DNA of 40,916 nucleotides from a virus (lineage: Duplodnaviria; Caudoviricetes): IMG/VR virus record IMGVR_UViG_3300020045_009122, positions 1 through 40,916 of that record. One strand, 5' to 3'. Positions 9,736-19,446 of the stretch are shown here, in pieces. Below the pieces are notes generated by a model, which ran no database searches, was not told the origin of the DNA, and saw only the letters and a list, made by a program, of their open reading frames with translations. Position 1 is the stretch's first letter. Each line of letters starts with the position of its first letter. The translations under genes and the position numbers were made by a program.

Positions 9736-10968
9736 ATGAGCGAATGCGTTGAACTTTGGAACAGAGCCCGGAAGCTCCACGAGGAAAACAAATTCCTCGA
9801 AGCGGCGGACGTATACACCAAGGCCGTACTTTCTCCCGAGAACAATCCTCGCATCAAGGGCAACTGCATGAACAATCTCGGGATCATCATTCAGTCAATG
9901 GGCCATCTGGAGAAAGCCGCCGGGTGCTTCGCCTTCGCAATCTCGATGCGTCCGAAGAGCGCTGAGATTCTGAACAATATCGGCAACGTGCGGCTCTACT
10001 GCGGCGATTACCTGGGGGCGCAGGAGTTTTTTCTCAAGGCGATGGCGATGAACCCCGAGTCCGCCGAGGCGCGGCAAAACTCGGCCGTGGTCTCGCTGAT
10101 CATGGGTGAATTCCGCCGCGGCTGGATTGGGTACGAGTCAAGATGGAAATGCCCGACGTTCACGACGAAGGAATTCCCGACAAAGAAACCACGATGGAAA
10201 GGACAAAATCTCGAAGGCAAAACCATCATGCTCACGCACGAGCAAGGCTTTGGCGACTCCATCATGTTCATCCGTTACGCGAAAATGGTGAAGGATCGCG
10301 GCGCCGCGCGAGTACGGTTCCTCGGGCCGCCAGAGCTTCGGCGGCTGTTCGATGGGGTTGATGGGATCGATGAATACCTGATTGCGAATACGGATGAGGA
10401 TTTCGATTTCCACTGTCCGCTACTCTCGCTGCCAAAAGTTTTCAAAACCACGCTTGAGACGGTGCCGAGCTCGGTTCCCTACATCACACGATTTCAGCGA
10501 TGCCCAGTTCCCGAGTCTCCGGAGATGCGTGTCGGCATCGCTTGGGCCGGGCGACCTGAACACGGCAAAGATCGCTGGCGGTCAATCACCGCGAAGCACT
10601 TCACACCATTGATGGATCTGGACAAGATAGCTTGGGTGTCTCTTCAGGTCGGGGCCAAGGCATCAATGGTTTCCGATTTACCGAAGGTGATCGATCTGTC
10701 ATCAACGCTGCGCGACTTCACCGATACGGCTGGAGCAATCGCACACCTTGACCTCATCATCTCCATCGATACGGCGCTCGTGCATCTGGCTGGCGCGATG
10801 GCGAAACCCGTCTGGATGCTGACCCCTTATAATCCAGATTGGCGATGGATGTTGAACCGCACGGACAGTCCCTGGTATCCGACGATGAGATTATTTCGGC
10901 AACCGAAACAGGACGATTGGGATTCGGTTTTTGCGGATGTGCGGAACGCGCTCTTGGATCTGCTATGA
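9736..10968 (+). CDS. TPR-repeat glycosyltransferase (GT9/heptosyltransferase-like GT-B fold)
   Basis: TPRs (NNLG, PKSAEILNNIG), HEQGFGDSIMF, VGIAWAG, ISIDTALVHLAGAM, DWRW, SPWYPTMRLFRQ. Confidence 0.9.
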   Translation: MSECVELWNRARKLHEENKFLEAADVYTKAVLSPENNPRIKGNCMNNLGIIIQSMGHLEKAAGCFAFAISMRPKSAEILNNIGNVRLYCGDYLGAQEFFLKAMAMNPESAEARQNSAVVSLIMGEFRRGWIGYESRWKCPTFTTKEFPTKKPRWKGQNLEGKTIMLTHEQGFGDSIMFIRYAKMVKDRGAARVRFLGPPELRRLFDGVDGIDEYLIANTDEDFDFHCPLLSLPKVFKTTLETVPSSVPYITRFQRCPVPESPEMRVGIAWAGRPEHGKDRWRSITAKHFTPLMDLDKIAWVSLQVGAKASMVSDLPKVIDLSSTLRDFTDTAGAIAHLDLIISIDTALVHLAGAMAKPVWMLTPYNPDWRWMLNRTDSPWYPTMRLFRQPKQDDWDSVFADVRNALLDLL

Positions 10969-11558
10969 CCGCTCTCGAATATTTCCTTGCTGAACTCTGC
11001 CTGGACTCCTACCCCGAGCCAATCACTGCCGGTCATTCTGCGATTACCGAAAGAGTATTTGAGGGCATCCGGCATCTTATCCCGTCGGGAGCTAAAGTGC
11101 TGGACGTTGGATGCGGCTCAGGACCCGCTCTCGCTCTGTTTCGCAAGTACGGATTCAATGCGGAGGGGATCACGCCGAACAAAACCGATTTTGCTGCGTG
11201 TCAGTTCCACGGTTTCCGTGTCCACAATATGATGCAGGAGCAGTTGACGTTCACCGACGAATGCTTCGATCTTGTTTGGGCTCGTCACGTCCTTGAGCAT
11301 TCTCCGATTCCATACTGGGTGCTACACGAGTTCCATCGCGTGTGCGGGCCGGGCGGATTGCTCTACGTAGAGGTTCCGGCGCCAGATACAGCCTGCCATC
11401 ACGAAACGAACGAGAATCATTACAGTTGCCTCACGTTTTCCACATGGGTTCAACTGATCCAACGAAGTGGTTTTGAGATTTTTGAGAGCTTAAAAATTCC
11501 ACTCTCAACGCCGGTTGGACCGGATGAATACTGGAGTTACCTCTGCCGAAAAAAATGA
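10965..11558 (+). CDS. Class I SAM-dependent methyltransferase
   Basis: VLDVGCGSG motif I, FDLVWARHVLEH, GGLLYVEVP. Confidence 0.9.
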   Translation: MTALEYFLAELCLDSYPEPITAGHSAITERVFEGIRHLIPSGAKVLDVGCGSGPALALFRKYGFNAEGITPNKTDFAACQFHGFRVHNMMQEQLTFTDECFDLVWARHVLEHSPIPYWVLHEFHRVCGPGGLLYVEVPAPDTACHHETNENHYSCLTFSTWVQLIQRSGFEIFESLKIPLSTPVGPDEYWSYLCRKK

Positions 11559-12598
11559 AATCTTCCCTTTTCTATGCTGGCCAACCAGGCAACGGCTTCG
11601 GTTGGGGAACATGCAACAAATACCTAAGACTGGAGCTTGGGAAGCTGTTTGAATTGCGCGAACTACCATCTCGCCCATGCGGAGTGGGCTCGCCGCTCTT
11701 CATGCCCATAGCTGACCACGACCTCGAACCAATCACACAACACAGCGGCAAGCCGACCATCGGTTACACGTTCTTTGAATATCCTCTAGGCGCGCGCTCG
11801 CGTAAGAATGCGGCGCGCTACGATTGGATCTTCGCGGGTTCGTCCTGGTGTGTGGATCGGCTGAATGCGCACGGGATCGAGCATTGTTCGGTGCTGGTTC
11901 AGGGGGTGGACCATGAGATATTCCATCCGGCAACCGAAGCGCGAATTAGTGACGGAAAATTCCGCATCTTCTCCGGCGGAAAATTCGAGTGGCGCAAGGG
12001 GCAGGATCTCGTCATCGCCGCATTCCGCAAACTCTCCAAGCAGTTCCCCGAGATGACCCTCGTCGCTGCCTGGCACAATCCCTGGCCAGACCTAATGAAG
12101 ACCATGTGCCAAAGCCCACACATCGAATGGGACGCGCGCGGCGACACGCAGGAAGAGTTCTTGATTGACCTCTGCAAGAACAACGGCATCCCGGAGGGCC
12201 GGGTCGAGATCCTGCCGCTCTGTTCCCAGAAGCAACTGGCCGACGTTATGAGGTCCTGTGACCTGGGGGTTTTCCCCAATCGCTGCGAGGGCGGAACAAA
12301 CCTCGTGCTGATGGAATTTATGGCGTGCGGGAAACCGGCTATGGTAAGTTACGTGACAGGGCACATGGACGTTGCTACTGCTTTTAACTCTGCCTGGCTG
12401 ACAGGTGAAAAAACTAATGCTGGATGGTGCGAGGTGAGGGTCAATCAAATCGTAGAGCAGGTGACGGCGTTGCGAGACATGCCGCTTTGCAGAGAAGGAA
12501 TCTCGCAGCAGGCAGCAATGGACATGAAGCAGTGGACGTGGGCACGAGCAGCAAAAACTATTGCGGGTAAAATTGACGAGTTATGCCGAGCGCATTAG
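11555..12598 (+). CDS. Glycosyltransferase family 4
   Basis: GVDHEIFHP, GKFEWRKGQD, FPNRCEGGTNLVLMEFMACGKP (EX7E-like), WTWARAA. Confidence 0.9.
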   Translation: MKSSLFYAGQPGNGFGWGTCNKYLRLELGKLFELRELPSRPCGVGSPLFMPIADHDLEPITQHSGKPTIGYTFFEYPLGARSRKNAARYDWIFAGSSWCVDRLNAHGIEHCSVLVQGVDHEIFHPATEARISDGKFRIFSGGKFEWRKGQDLVIAAFRKLSKQFPEMTLVAAWHNPWPDLMKTMCQSPHIEWDARGDTQEEFLIDLCKNNGIPEGRVEILPLCSQKQLADVMRSCDLGVFPNRCEGGTNLVLMEFMACGKPAMVSYVTGHMDVATAFNSAWLTGEKTNAGWCEVRVNQIVEQVTALRDMPLCREGISQQAAMDMKQWTWARAAKTIAGKIDELCRAH

Positions 12599-12903
12599 AC
12601 GAAACGAGATTCATTTCGGCCTGGCGGTTCATCATTGCCCAGCAGCCCAAGGTCTTCACATTCTCGGCTGTGAATTACACGGGATTCATGTCGGACATCA
12701 ACAATACCATTGACCTCGGGATCGGTGGGTTCACGCAGGGAAACGACACTCGGCTGTTTTGTCTCCGGGCGGATTTTCTTTCAACGGTTCCCACTGAGGG
12801 AGACATCGTGACGGTTGCTGGCATTCCCTATCGCATCTCGCAGGTGACTGTTGTAAAAACATTCGGACTGGTCTTTACGTTGGAGGGCCCGAGCAAACCA
12901 TGA
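12583..12903 (+). CDS. Putative head-tail joining / head-closure protein
   Basis: 106 aa beta-rich, PTEGDIVTVAGIPYRI (gpFII-like); synteny. Confidence 0.6.
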   Translation: MPSALDETRFISAWRFIIAQQPKVFTFSAVNYTGFMSDINNTIDLGIGGFTQGNDTRLFCLRADFLSTVPTEGDIVTVAGIPYRISQVTVVKTFGLVFTLEGPSKP

Positions 12904-13556
12904 GCGCCAAGCTCGAAATCGACACGAGCCAGATGACGCGTGCGCTCAGGGAATACCAGGACGCGACGAAGAAAGATTTCGCCGAGGTGGTCAACCGCGC
13001 GGCGGTCAACGTCGCCTTGCGCGCCGCACAATTCACGAAAAAGGCTGACCGTGGTTCGATTCAGGCGCTGGAAAACCAACCTTGGTGGCCACGATTCATC
13101 GCGAAATATTTCCGAGACAAAGGCAGCACATTCAACAAGACCGTCAGCGGCCGCAAGTTCGGGATCGATGAAAAAGTGAAGGTGCGTCGATTCGTGAAAG
13201 GTTCAAGCTACTCGAAAGCCGAAGCCCGACAGCTTTCCAGGAGAATCATCGGATCGCGCATTCGTGCGATCACGTTCATTCGAAGCGGCTGGATTCCCGC
13301 GATTCGGCTGCTCGCGCCATTCGCGAAGGTCCGCCTGCGCGTCGCCGATGCCAAGCAACGAGGAAAGGACAAAGGCGGGGCAACGCCAGCCAAAGCCGGG
13401 ATCAATCCTACATCCTTCATTATGAATAACGCTCAAGGCGCAGGCACAGTAGGCGACGATGCGTTGCAAAAAGCTGTGTCGTTCGTCGCTTCGGACATGA
13501 TCGCATACGCTCGCAAGAAGATGAGCGAGACAGCTCGCAAACACTCAGCAAAATGA
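12900..13556 (+). CDS. Putative neck / tail-completion protein
   Basis: Basic helical protein between the head-closure and tail-terminator positions. Confidence 0.5.
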   Translation: MSAKLEIDTSQMTRALREYQDATKKDFAEVVNRAAVNVALRAAQFTKKADRGSIQALENQPWWPRFIAKYFRDKGSTFNKTVSGRKFGIDEKVKVRRFVKGSSYSKAEARQLSRRIIGSRIRAITFIRSGWIPAIRLLAPFAKVRLRVADAKQRGKDKGGATPAKAGINPTSFIMNNAQGAGTVGDDALQKAVSFVASDMIAYARKKMSETARKHSAK

Positions 13557-13993
13557 ACCCACCTTACAACAATGTCTTCCGCAAAGTCGAAAACGCATTC
13601 GCCACTTACCTGACCGCTCAACTCTCAGCCGGTCAACTCGCCGGGGCCGCCATCCATCTGGGCATCGCCAACGAAATGAAAACCGTCCCCTACATCTACT
13701 GCCATTGCCCGGAAGGAAGGGAAGACGAACCCGGCACGGGAAACTATCACGTTGAAGCCGAAATAGGGGTTGTGGCGAATGCAAACGATGAGACGGCACT
13801 TGCTGACGCCGAACGATTCTCGAACGTCCTGGACGTGATTCACCGCGATACGCTCAAGGCTTCACTCTCAGCCGCCGAATCTTCATTCAGTGTGATCGGC
13901 ATTTCGCAGATGACGGCAAGCAGTGGACTGGACGGTGCTCAATGGAAGGGCACGATCCGCGTCCCAATGCTGGTGGCCGGTTCGGCGCTTTGA
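13553..13993 (+). CDS. Putative tail terminator protein
   Basis: 146 aa directly upstream of the tail tube gene; PYIYC motif; synteny. Confidence 0.5.
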   Translation: MNPPYNNVFRKVENAFATYLTAQLSAGQLAGAAIHLGIANEMKTVPYIYCHCPEGREDEPGTGNYHVEAEIGVVANANDETALADAERFSNVLDVIHRDTLKASLSAAESSFSVIGISQMTASSGLDGAQWKGTIRVPMLVAGSAL

Positions 13994-14001
13994 AATCCAC
14001 G

Positions 14002-14035
14002 TTGACTAGGCCACGTCATTAGGTAAGCTAATGAC
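14002..14035 (+). promoter_or_regulatory. Candidate promoter TTGACT-N16-TAAGCT overlapping late motif copy 3 (GTCATTAG-GTAAG-CTAATGAC)
   Basis: Intergenic, immediately before ATG 14036; perfect 8-bp inverted repeat at 14015-14035. Confidence 0.65.
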
Positions 14036-14473
14036 ATGGCAGATTTTCGTGGCATTGCGTGTCAGTGGGGGATCTCGACCACAGCCTTCGCCAATTCCCA
14101 AACCCTCGGGACTGGAGTCGCGGTAAAGGTAAGCGGCGAGGAATTCGAGAAATCCGTAAAACAAGAGGAGCTTCTTGAGCGCAACGGCGAACCCGTCGGC
14201 CTTGGATTCTATGATCGCAGGAAAGTTCTCTCGCTGAATCTCTGGCCGTCTGCTGCAACAATCGCTGCTGCCGACGGGGCCATTCTCGTCACTCCCGGCG
14301 ACGTTCTCACTCTCACTGACGCTCTTGACACCGATGTCGGCTCGACCTTCTCCGGGAAATATATCGTCCGAAGGGCAAGCAAGACGAAGCGCAACGACGG
14401 CAAAGTCGTTTGGTCAGTTACGGTCGAGCAGTTCTCAACCGACCTCGCATCAGGGTCACTCATCGTCGCTTGA
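14036..14473 (+). CDS. Putative major tail tube protein
   Basis: 145 aa, beta-rich, Ser/Thr/Gly-rich; positioned before chaperone and tape measure. Confidence 0.6.
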   Translation: MADFRGIACQWGISTTAFANSQTLGTGVAVKVSGEEFEKSVKQEELLERNGEPVGLGFYDRRKVLSLNLWPSAATIAAADGAILVTPGDVLTLTDALDTDVGSTFSGKYIVRRASKTKRNDGKVVWSVTVEQFSTDLASGSLIVA

Positions 14474-14477
14474 CCAT

Positions 14478-15062
14478 GTGGACAAAGAATTTCTCGCCTC
14501 GCGCATCTCGGCTCGTCCGCGCATCCTCGGTTTACAGCTTCATCCGCTAAGTCTCGGGCATCGACTCATCCTTGAGCGCGCCGAATCTCCATTCATCAGC
14601 GACGGGATAATCGGCATCGTCGATGTGATATTCGCAGTTCTCGTTTGCTCGATGCGATTTGAGGAAGCGACTGCGTTTTTTGATTCGTATCGATGCGGAA
14701 AGCAAATCCGCAAGTGGGTCAGGAAACTTCGCAAGCTGGACTTCATTTCTAAGATCCAGGAATTCCGACGTTATTGGTTTTACGGAAATCTGGTTCCGAC
14801 CTACAGCATCGTTGATGACAAAGGGGCTAACGAATGGTCTGGGACACCATGGCCACAGCGTCTGAAAATAGTCCTGATGTCCGAGCTTGGCCTTACTGAA
14901 TCCGAAGTTCTTAACCGGCCGCTTAGGCTCTGTTGGTGGGATTATCTCTGTTTCGAGGAACTGCGAGGAAACGTGAACGTGATCAGTGACGAGATAAGGG
15001 CCGGTGAAGATTCACTTGTCCAACAGGCAAACCAAGTCGCGGAGGCGTTGAAAAATGACTGA
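14478..15062 (+). CDS. Putative tail assembly chaperone
   Basis: Between tail tube and tape measure; GTG start inferred; C-terminal ELGLTESEVLNRPL resembles gpT-type chaperone motifs. Confidence 0.55.
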   Translation: MDKEFLASRISARPRILGLQLHPLSLGHRLILERAESPFISDGIIGIVDVIFAVLVCSMRFEEATAFFDSYRCGKQIRKWVRKLRKLDFISKIQEFRRYWFYGNLVPTYSIVDDKGANEWSGTPWPQRLKIVLMSELGLTESEVLNRPLRLCWWDYLCFEELRGNVNVISDEIRAGEDSLVQQANQVAEALKND

Positions 15063-16125
15063 AGCGGAACTGAAAGCAAAAATCTCGCTGGACAGTTCAA
15101 GCTGGCAGGCGGGCATGACTCAGGTCAGCAGCGGCCTGAAGAAAATCTCTGGTGAGTTTGGCGCTATAAAAAACCAGATTGCGTCCGCGTTCACGGTCCA
15201 TGCTCTGGCAGATCAGACTCGCAAAGTCATCGAGTACGGATCCAAAATACACGATCTATCCGCTCGCTTTGGAATATCTACGGACGCACTTCAGGAATTT
15301 GATTACGCTGCGAAACAGACTGGGACGAGCCTGGACTCCTTTGTCGTGGCAATGCGCAGGCTGACTGTCTCGCAGGTAGGAGCGGTGAAGGACAACGATG
15401 AATTGCGAGCGCAGTTTGAGGCGCTCGGAGTTTCGATGAGCGATCTGGCATCTAAAAACCCAGAGCAACTGTTCAGACAAATCGCTGAACGAATCCACGC
15501 TGGCGGTCTCAGCTCTGAACAGTTCGCGGCAGTAATAAAAATCATGGGCAGGAGCGCAGACGAAATTCTGCCAGCGATGTTGCAGGGGTTTTCCGACCTC
15601 GCAACGGAGGCTCACAATGTTGGGGCGGTCCTGCAAAGCGATGTCATCGACAAACTCGACGAAGCTGGCGATGCTATGGTGCGGGCTGGCGAAAAGATGA
15701 AACCAGTTTGGGCAAACATTGCTGTCGGTGCGGCGGATGCAGTTTCGTGGTTGCAAAAAATGGTGCAGATGACCGGGCTTGGAGCGCAGGCATTTTACGC
15801 GAAGCTGACTGGGGACTGGGATCTCTACGAGGGCACGGTCGAGCAGATCCGGGAAATTACAGCTCCGAAAAAGGAAGGGGTCAAAGCTATCCAAAAATCC
15901 ATGCTCCCGATTGACATGGAGCAGATCAAAACCAAGAGCGAACGCGCCGCCTCAGAACGCCAACTCCCTGCCGACGCGCAGATCAATCAGTTGCAGAAAA
16001 TCGGCGCTTACGTCGGCGGGCCAGACCGGCTGCTAAGCGTCGCCGAGCGGCAGCTTGTAACTCTGCGAAAAATTGAAGAGAACACGGCGAAGCAAAGTGG
16101 ATCTGGAATTACATTCCCTCAATGA
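15055..16125 (+). CDS. Tail tape measure protein (short, 356 aa)
   Basis: ELKAKISLDSSSWQAGM start, DLSARFGISTDALQ..YAAKQTG, helical Ala/Gln-rich. Confidence 0.85.
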   Translation: MTEAELKAKISLDSSSWQAGMTQVSSGLKKISGEFGAIKNQIASAFTVHALADQTRKVIEYGSKIHDLSARFGISTDALQEFDYAAKQTGTSLDSFVVAMRRLTVSQVGAVKDNDELRAQFEALGVSMSDLASKNPEQLFRQIAERIHAGGLSSEQFAAVIKIMGRSADEILPAMLQGFSDLATEAHNVGAVLQSDVIDKLDEAGDAMVRAGEKMKPVWANIAVGAADAVSWLQKMVQMTGLGAQAFYAKLTGDWDLYEGTVEQIREITAPKKEGVKAIQKSMLPIDMEQIKTKSERAASERQLPADAQINQLQKIGAYVGGPDRLLSVAERQLVTLRKIEENTAKQSGSGITFPQ

Positions 16126-16913
16126 ACAACGATCTTCACGGAGCACAAATTGCAGAGCAGGCGCGGGAGTTATTCTGGCGCCGAGACGCTGGATACGCGC
16201 AGGTGTTCAAAATGCGCGGGCTCAAAGTTTGGATCTACAATCAGATACCGTTCTGGCAACAGACCGCGGATGAGATCAGGATCGTCGAGGACAGTTCTCC
16301 ATACGCGACGCTAACGGCAATAATCAACTCAGTGATTGACGGCAGCATCGAGGTTCCGGTGAACGTATGGGAACTGCTAGGACAAGACCTGGAGCACGAT
16401 GCGTGGTTGCATCCTAAATCGAATCGAATCACGGACACCGATTACGGAAAAATACTGAGAGCGATTGAGGAGATCAAAGATCGCAAACCCGTATCGGTTT
16501 ACCCATCCGGGCCGGAAGCCAATTCGATGCTGGCGCTTCTCAAGAAAGCGGGAAACGTTGCATTTGTGCAGTCGCAATTCGTTCTACGCAAAACCCAAAC
16601 CGTGACATCAACCTTTCAGTTCGACATGAGCATGGCTGGGCTCGATCAAATCTGGACCACGGCGCGGCTCGTCGCCGCTGAACCTCTGATGAACTCAAAC
16701 ATTCTGCGCGCGGTGAACAACATCCCAAACCAGCAGGTTATGTATCGCGTCGATACTGGACCAGAGAGCGGCAATCTCGTTGTCGATGGGAACTGGCTGT
16801 GGGGATGGCTCAAGAAATCTCCGACCATCACGCAGGAGGCCAACAACAGGATCAAGCTCACGCAGGAATTCTGGCTTGAGAACTGGTCAACCTACCTCTA
16901 CAGCGTTTATTGA
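16122..16913 (+). CDS. Putative tail tip (distal tail-position) protein
   Basis: ATGA-coupled right after the tape measure; synteny only. Confidence 0.45.
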   Translation: MNNDLHGAQIAEQARELFWRRDAGYAQVFKMRGLKVWIYNQIPFWQQTADEIRIVEDSSPYATLTAIINSVIDGSIEVPVNVWELLGQDLEHDAWLHPKSNRITDTDYGKILRAIEEIKDRKPVSVYPSGPEANSMLALLKKAGNVAFVQSQFVLRKTQTVTSTFQFDMSMAGLDQIWTTARLVAAEPLMNSNILRAVNNIPNQQVMYRVDTGPESGNLVVDGNWLWGWLKKSPTITQEANNRIKLTQEFWLENWSTYLYSVY

Positions 16914-16914
16914 A

Positions 16915-17532
16915 ATGGGTCGGTTCAGGCCACCTGGCAGGGTAAGCGGAACATCGCCACAAGCGCGATGGTGCAACGAGCTTCTCGATTACCTCGTCTC
17001 TCTGTCACCGCAACCATCGCCTGGGATTCTCACGGATCACACGGTACGCGGTGTTTCGCGTAGGGCGCAATCTCAAAGTGCTGGAGGCGCTTCAGGGTCG
17101 CAGGTAAAACAATTCATCCTAAAGGAAGTGCACGGCGATTTTCTGAAGTGTTTGCCTTACGAAACTGGGCTTCCAATCCCAGGCGATGATTACGATGTGA
17201 CCAAGATTGTTCTCGTTGCAAAACCGCCAGAGCTTCAGGCGTCTTTATTTCATACGAAGACCATAGACGGTTGGCTCTACGATGTTTTCGATGTTACTCC
17301 ACCGGGTGACGATCTAGTTTGGAAGGGTATCCGACGGCACGCGACGAACGGAATCAAAAAGGAGATCCAACAGATCATCCCAAAGTATCGCATCGACTGG
17401 TTGATTTACGGGATTGACTCGGTCGATGGGCTCGTTGGGATTGAGTGGATTGATCTCAATGTCGATGGTCGGGCGTTCGCTAAAACCCTGGAGCGAGTTG
17501 AAGAGGACGGGACATTCGGAATGCCGGAATGA
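16915..17532 (+). CDS. Hypothetical tail-region protein
   Basis: ATG 16915 one nt after the previous stop; synteny. Confidence 0.5.
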   Translation: MGRFRPPGRVSGTSPQARWCNELLDYLVSLSPQPSPGILTDHTVRGVSRRAQSQSAGGASGSQVKQFILKEVHGDFLKCLPYETGLPIPGDDYDVTKIVLVAKPPELQASLFHTKTIDGWLYDVFDVTPPGDDLVWKGIRRHATNGIKKEIQQIIPKYRIDWLIYGIDSVDGLVGIEWIDLNVDGRAFAKTLERVEEDGTFGMPE

Positions 17533-18638
17533 GCGCAACCGCATTTGGTTCATCGTCTGCCCGGGCGTTCTTCGAGTCTCCCGCGCACGCGCGGGATGAT
17601 CCGGTTGACGTCGGGACTCCGTGGGCGGTGAGCACGTGGGCGCTTGCGATTATCTATCAATGGGGATGGCCTCCGTTTGATCTGTCGATTCTGAATTCTC
17701 ACTCAGATGCTCGGAACAAATATCTTCGTCAACGACGGCTGCTCACGACGACAAGTGGAGAGACGTGGAGCCAGATCTGGACGATGAACAGGACAACCGG
17801 AATTGTTGCTGCATCAGATCCTGTGTTCTCATCCGGCTGGAGCGGGGTTGATGCTGGAGCGGCCTGCGAGATACTGGAGGCTACACCGACTTACATGAAG
17901 CTCACCGGCTTGAATCTTGATTCTGAGCCGATCTTCACGCTTGAACTGTTCAACGATTCAGAGAATACATTCGAGCTTGCGGCGATACGCTGCGCAGCCT
18001 TACTCGATCAGATCAATCTCGATGAGCAACCGTTCGCATCGACCACGACGATTTACTATCAGGATAACCCGGATCTTCCTGGCTTGGGGACCGTGCAGAT
18101 CGATGTAGCTGAGAGAAACATAGGATCGTTTCCCTATGAATCGTATCACGAGCTGAAGCAATCAGGACCCAACAGCACGGGGATGGCTGAATATGTCTTC
18201 AACCAGGAGGATAGACCAGCCGATCCGTGGCCGGATTTATATTTCTCGCTGACCATTCCAGAGCTTCAACACTTGGTTGGGAACGGGGATGAAATGAGAA
18301 TGCTAAAATCCAAGGTGCTGATGCGCGGAGAAATTTGCGTCACTTCGAAGCGGACTTTGTTCTCTTCGGCTGACTACCTTGAGCCAAGGATTCCGACGGA
18401 AGAGATCGTAAAATGTTTGCCTTATGCGATGGCCGAACCGGAGAGTTCGGATGGCACTCGGACAGTCCGGTTTAATCCGCCATGCCGACGCGGATTCTAC
18501 TTCTGGAATGTGGACGCATGGCCGAAGACTTATCACGTTGTCGAAGGCGAACTTGTTCCGATCCTTGATTACCCCGTCGCCTGCGATCTTTCTGGGGTCA
18601 CAGGGACTGACCCGGTTTGTTCAAGCAATCCCTTGTAG
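17529..18638 (+). CDS. Hypothetical tail-region protein
   Basis: 369 aa ORF, ATGA-coupled; no recognisable motif. Confidence 0.55.
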   Translation: MSATAFGSSSARAFFESPAHARDDPVDVGTPWAVSTWALAIIYQWGWPPFDLSILNSHSDARNKYLRQRRLLTTTSGETWSQIWTMNRTTGIVAASDPVFSSGWSGVDAGAACEILEATPTYMKLTGLNLDSEPIFTLELFNDSENTFELAAIRCAALLDQINLDEQPFASTTTIYYQDNPDLPGLGTVQIDVAERNIGSFPYESYHELKQSGPNSTGMAEYVFNQEDRPADPWPDLYFSLTIPELQHLVGNGDEMRMLKSKVLMRGEICVTSKRTLFSSADYLEPRIPTEEIVKCLPYAMAEPESSDGTRTVRFNPPCRRGFYFWNVDAWPKTYHVVEGELVPILDYPVACDLSGVTGTDPVCSSNPL

Positions 18639-18764
18639 CACTCCTGACAGACACCGTGAGAGACAGCGTCGCTGGCTTCTGGGCATTTCACACCCAACAC
18701 CTTTTTGCACCATGCGCAGACGATTGTGATCATGCCAACCTATCGGCACGCGCTTGGAAAAGAA

Positions 18765-18796
18765 TAGACTCTGCTCAAGCATAAGGTAACCTAATG
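18765..18796 (+). promoter_or_regulatory. Candidate promoter TAGACT-N16-TAACCT overlapping late motif copy 4 (CATAAG-GTAAC-CTAATG)
   Basis: Same geometry as the 14002 site; ends 5 nt before ATG 18802. Confidence 0.55.
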
Positions 18797-18801
18797 AGTG
18801 A

Positions 18802-19446
18802 ATGACGCTCAAGTTCGCGGTTGACATTTCGCAGCGCAAACTGGTTCTTTCTCCCTACCGGCCAGAGCCGTTCGTTCTTCCGGTCCTCGTGCAAGGGGAC
18901 ACCATTTCCCTCGAAATACAACTGTGCGAGCCGAACTACGGCGCCGGGTTCGGTCGTTACTCGCTGGTCAACATTGCAAACCTCACTCTTCGAGCGGCGA
19001 TCATCGGCCATCGGCCAATCGGGAATGCGTCCGACACTCCCGAGGTGTTGCAGACGAGCTGGATCAAGGACACCGCGACGAACACGTTCAAAGGGGTGCT
19101 ATCAATGGGGGCCGGCGTCACGACGTTGCTGGGGGCTGCGTCAAGTGTCGATGCTTATTTCGAGATCGAAACCAAGGACGGTGATACTGGGTATTACGAT
19201 ACCGTTTATCCGTGGGCGCTCTGCACGATTAGAGCGGAAGCTATCGAGGACGGAGTCCTGGTCAGTCCGCCAGTCAGCGGTGGCTCTGCGCTCACCGTCC
19301 AAGAGGGCAATCAGATTTACGTCAAGAGGCGGGGGTTGCCTGGGGAAATGTTTTCGCTCGTGTCAGCGAACGGGCTCTGGGAGCGAATCATCGGCGTTGA
19401 TGATAACGGCACCAAGCTCGATGAGGTGATCGAATACGTACCATGA
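18802..19446 (+). CDS. Putative baseplate / fibre-attachment protein (BppU-like N-terminus)
   Basis: LVQGDTISLEIQL and AYFEIE motifs resemble upper-baseplate N-terminal domains; precedes the large fibre gene. Confidence 0.45.
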   Translation: MTLKFAVDISQRKLVLSPYRPEPFVLPVLVQGDTISLEIQLCEPNYGAGFGRYSLVNIANLTLRAAIIGHRPIGNASDTPEVLQTSWIKDTATNTFKGVLSMGAGVTTLLGAASSVDAYFEIETKDGDTGYYDTVYPWALCTIRAEAIEDGVLVSPPVSGGSALTVQEGNQIYVKRRGLPGEMFSLVSANGLWERIIGVDDNGTKLDEVIEYVP

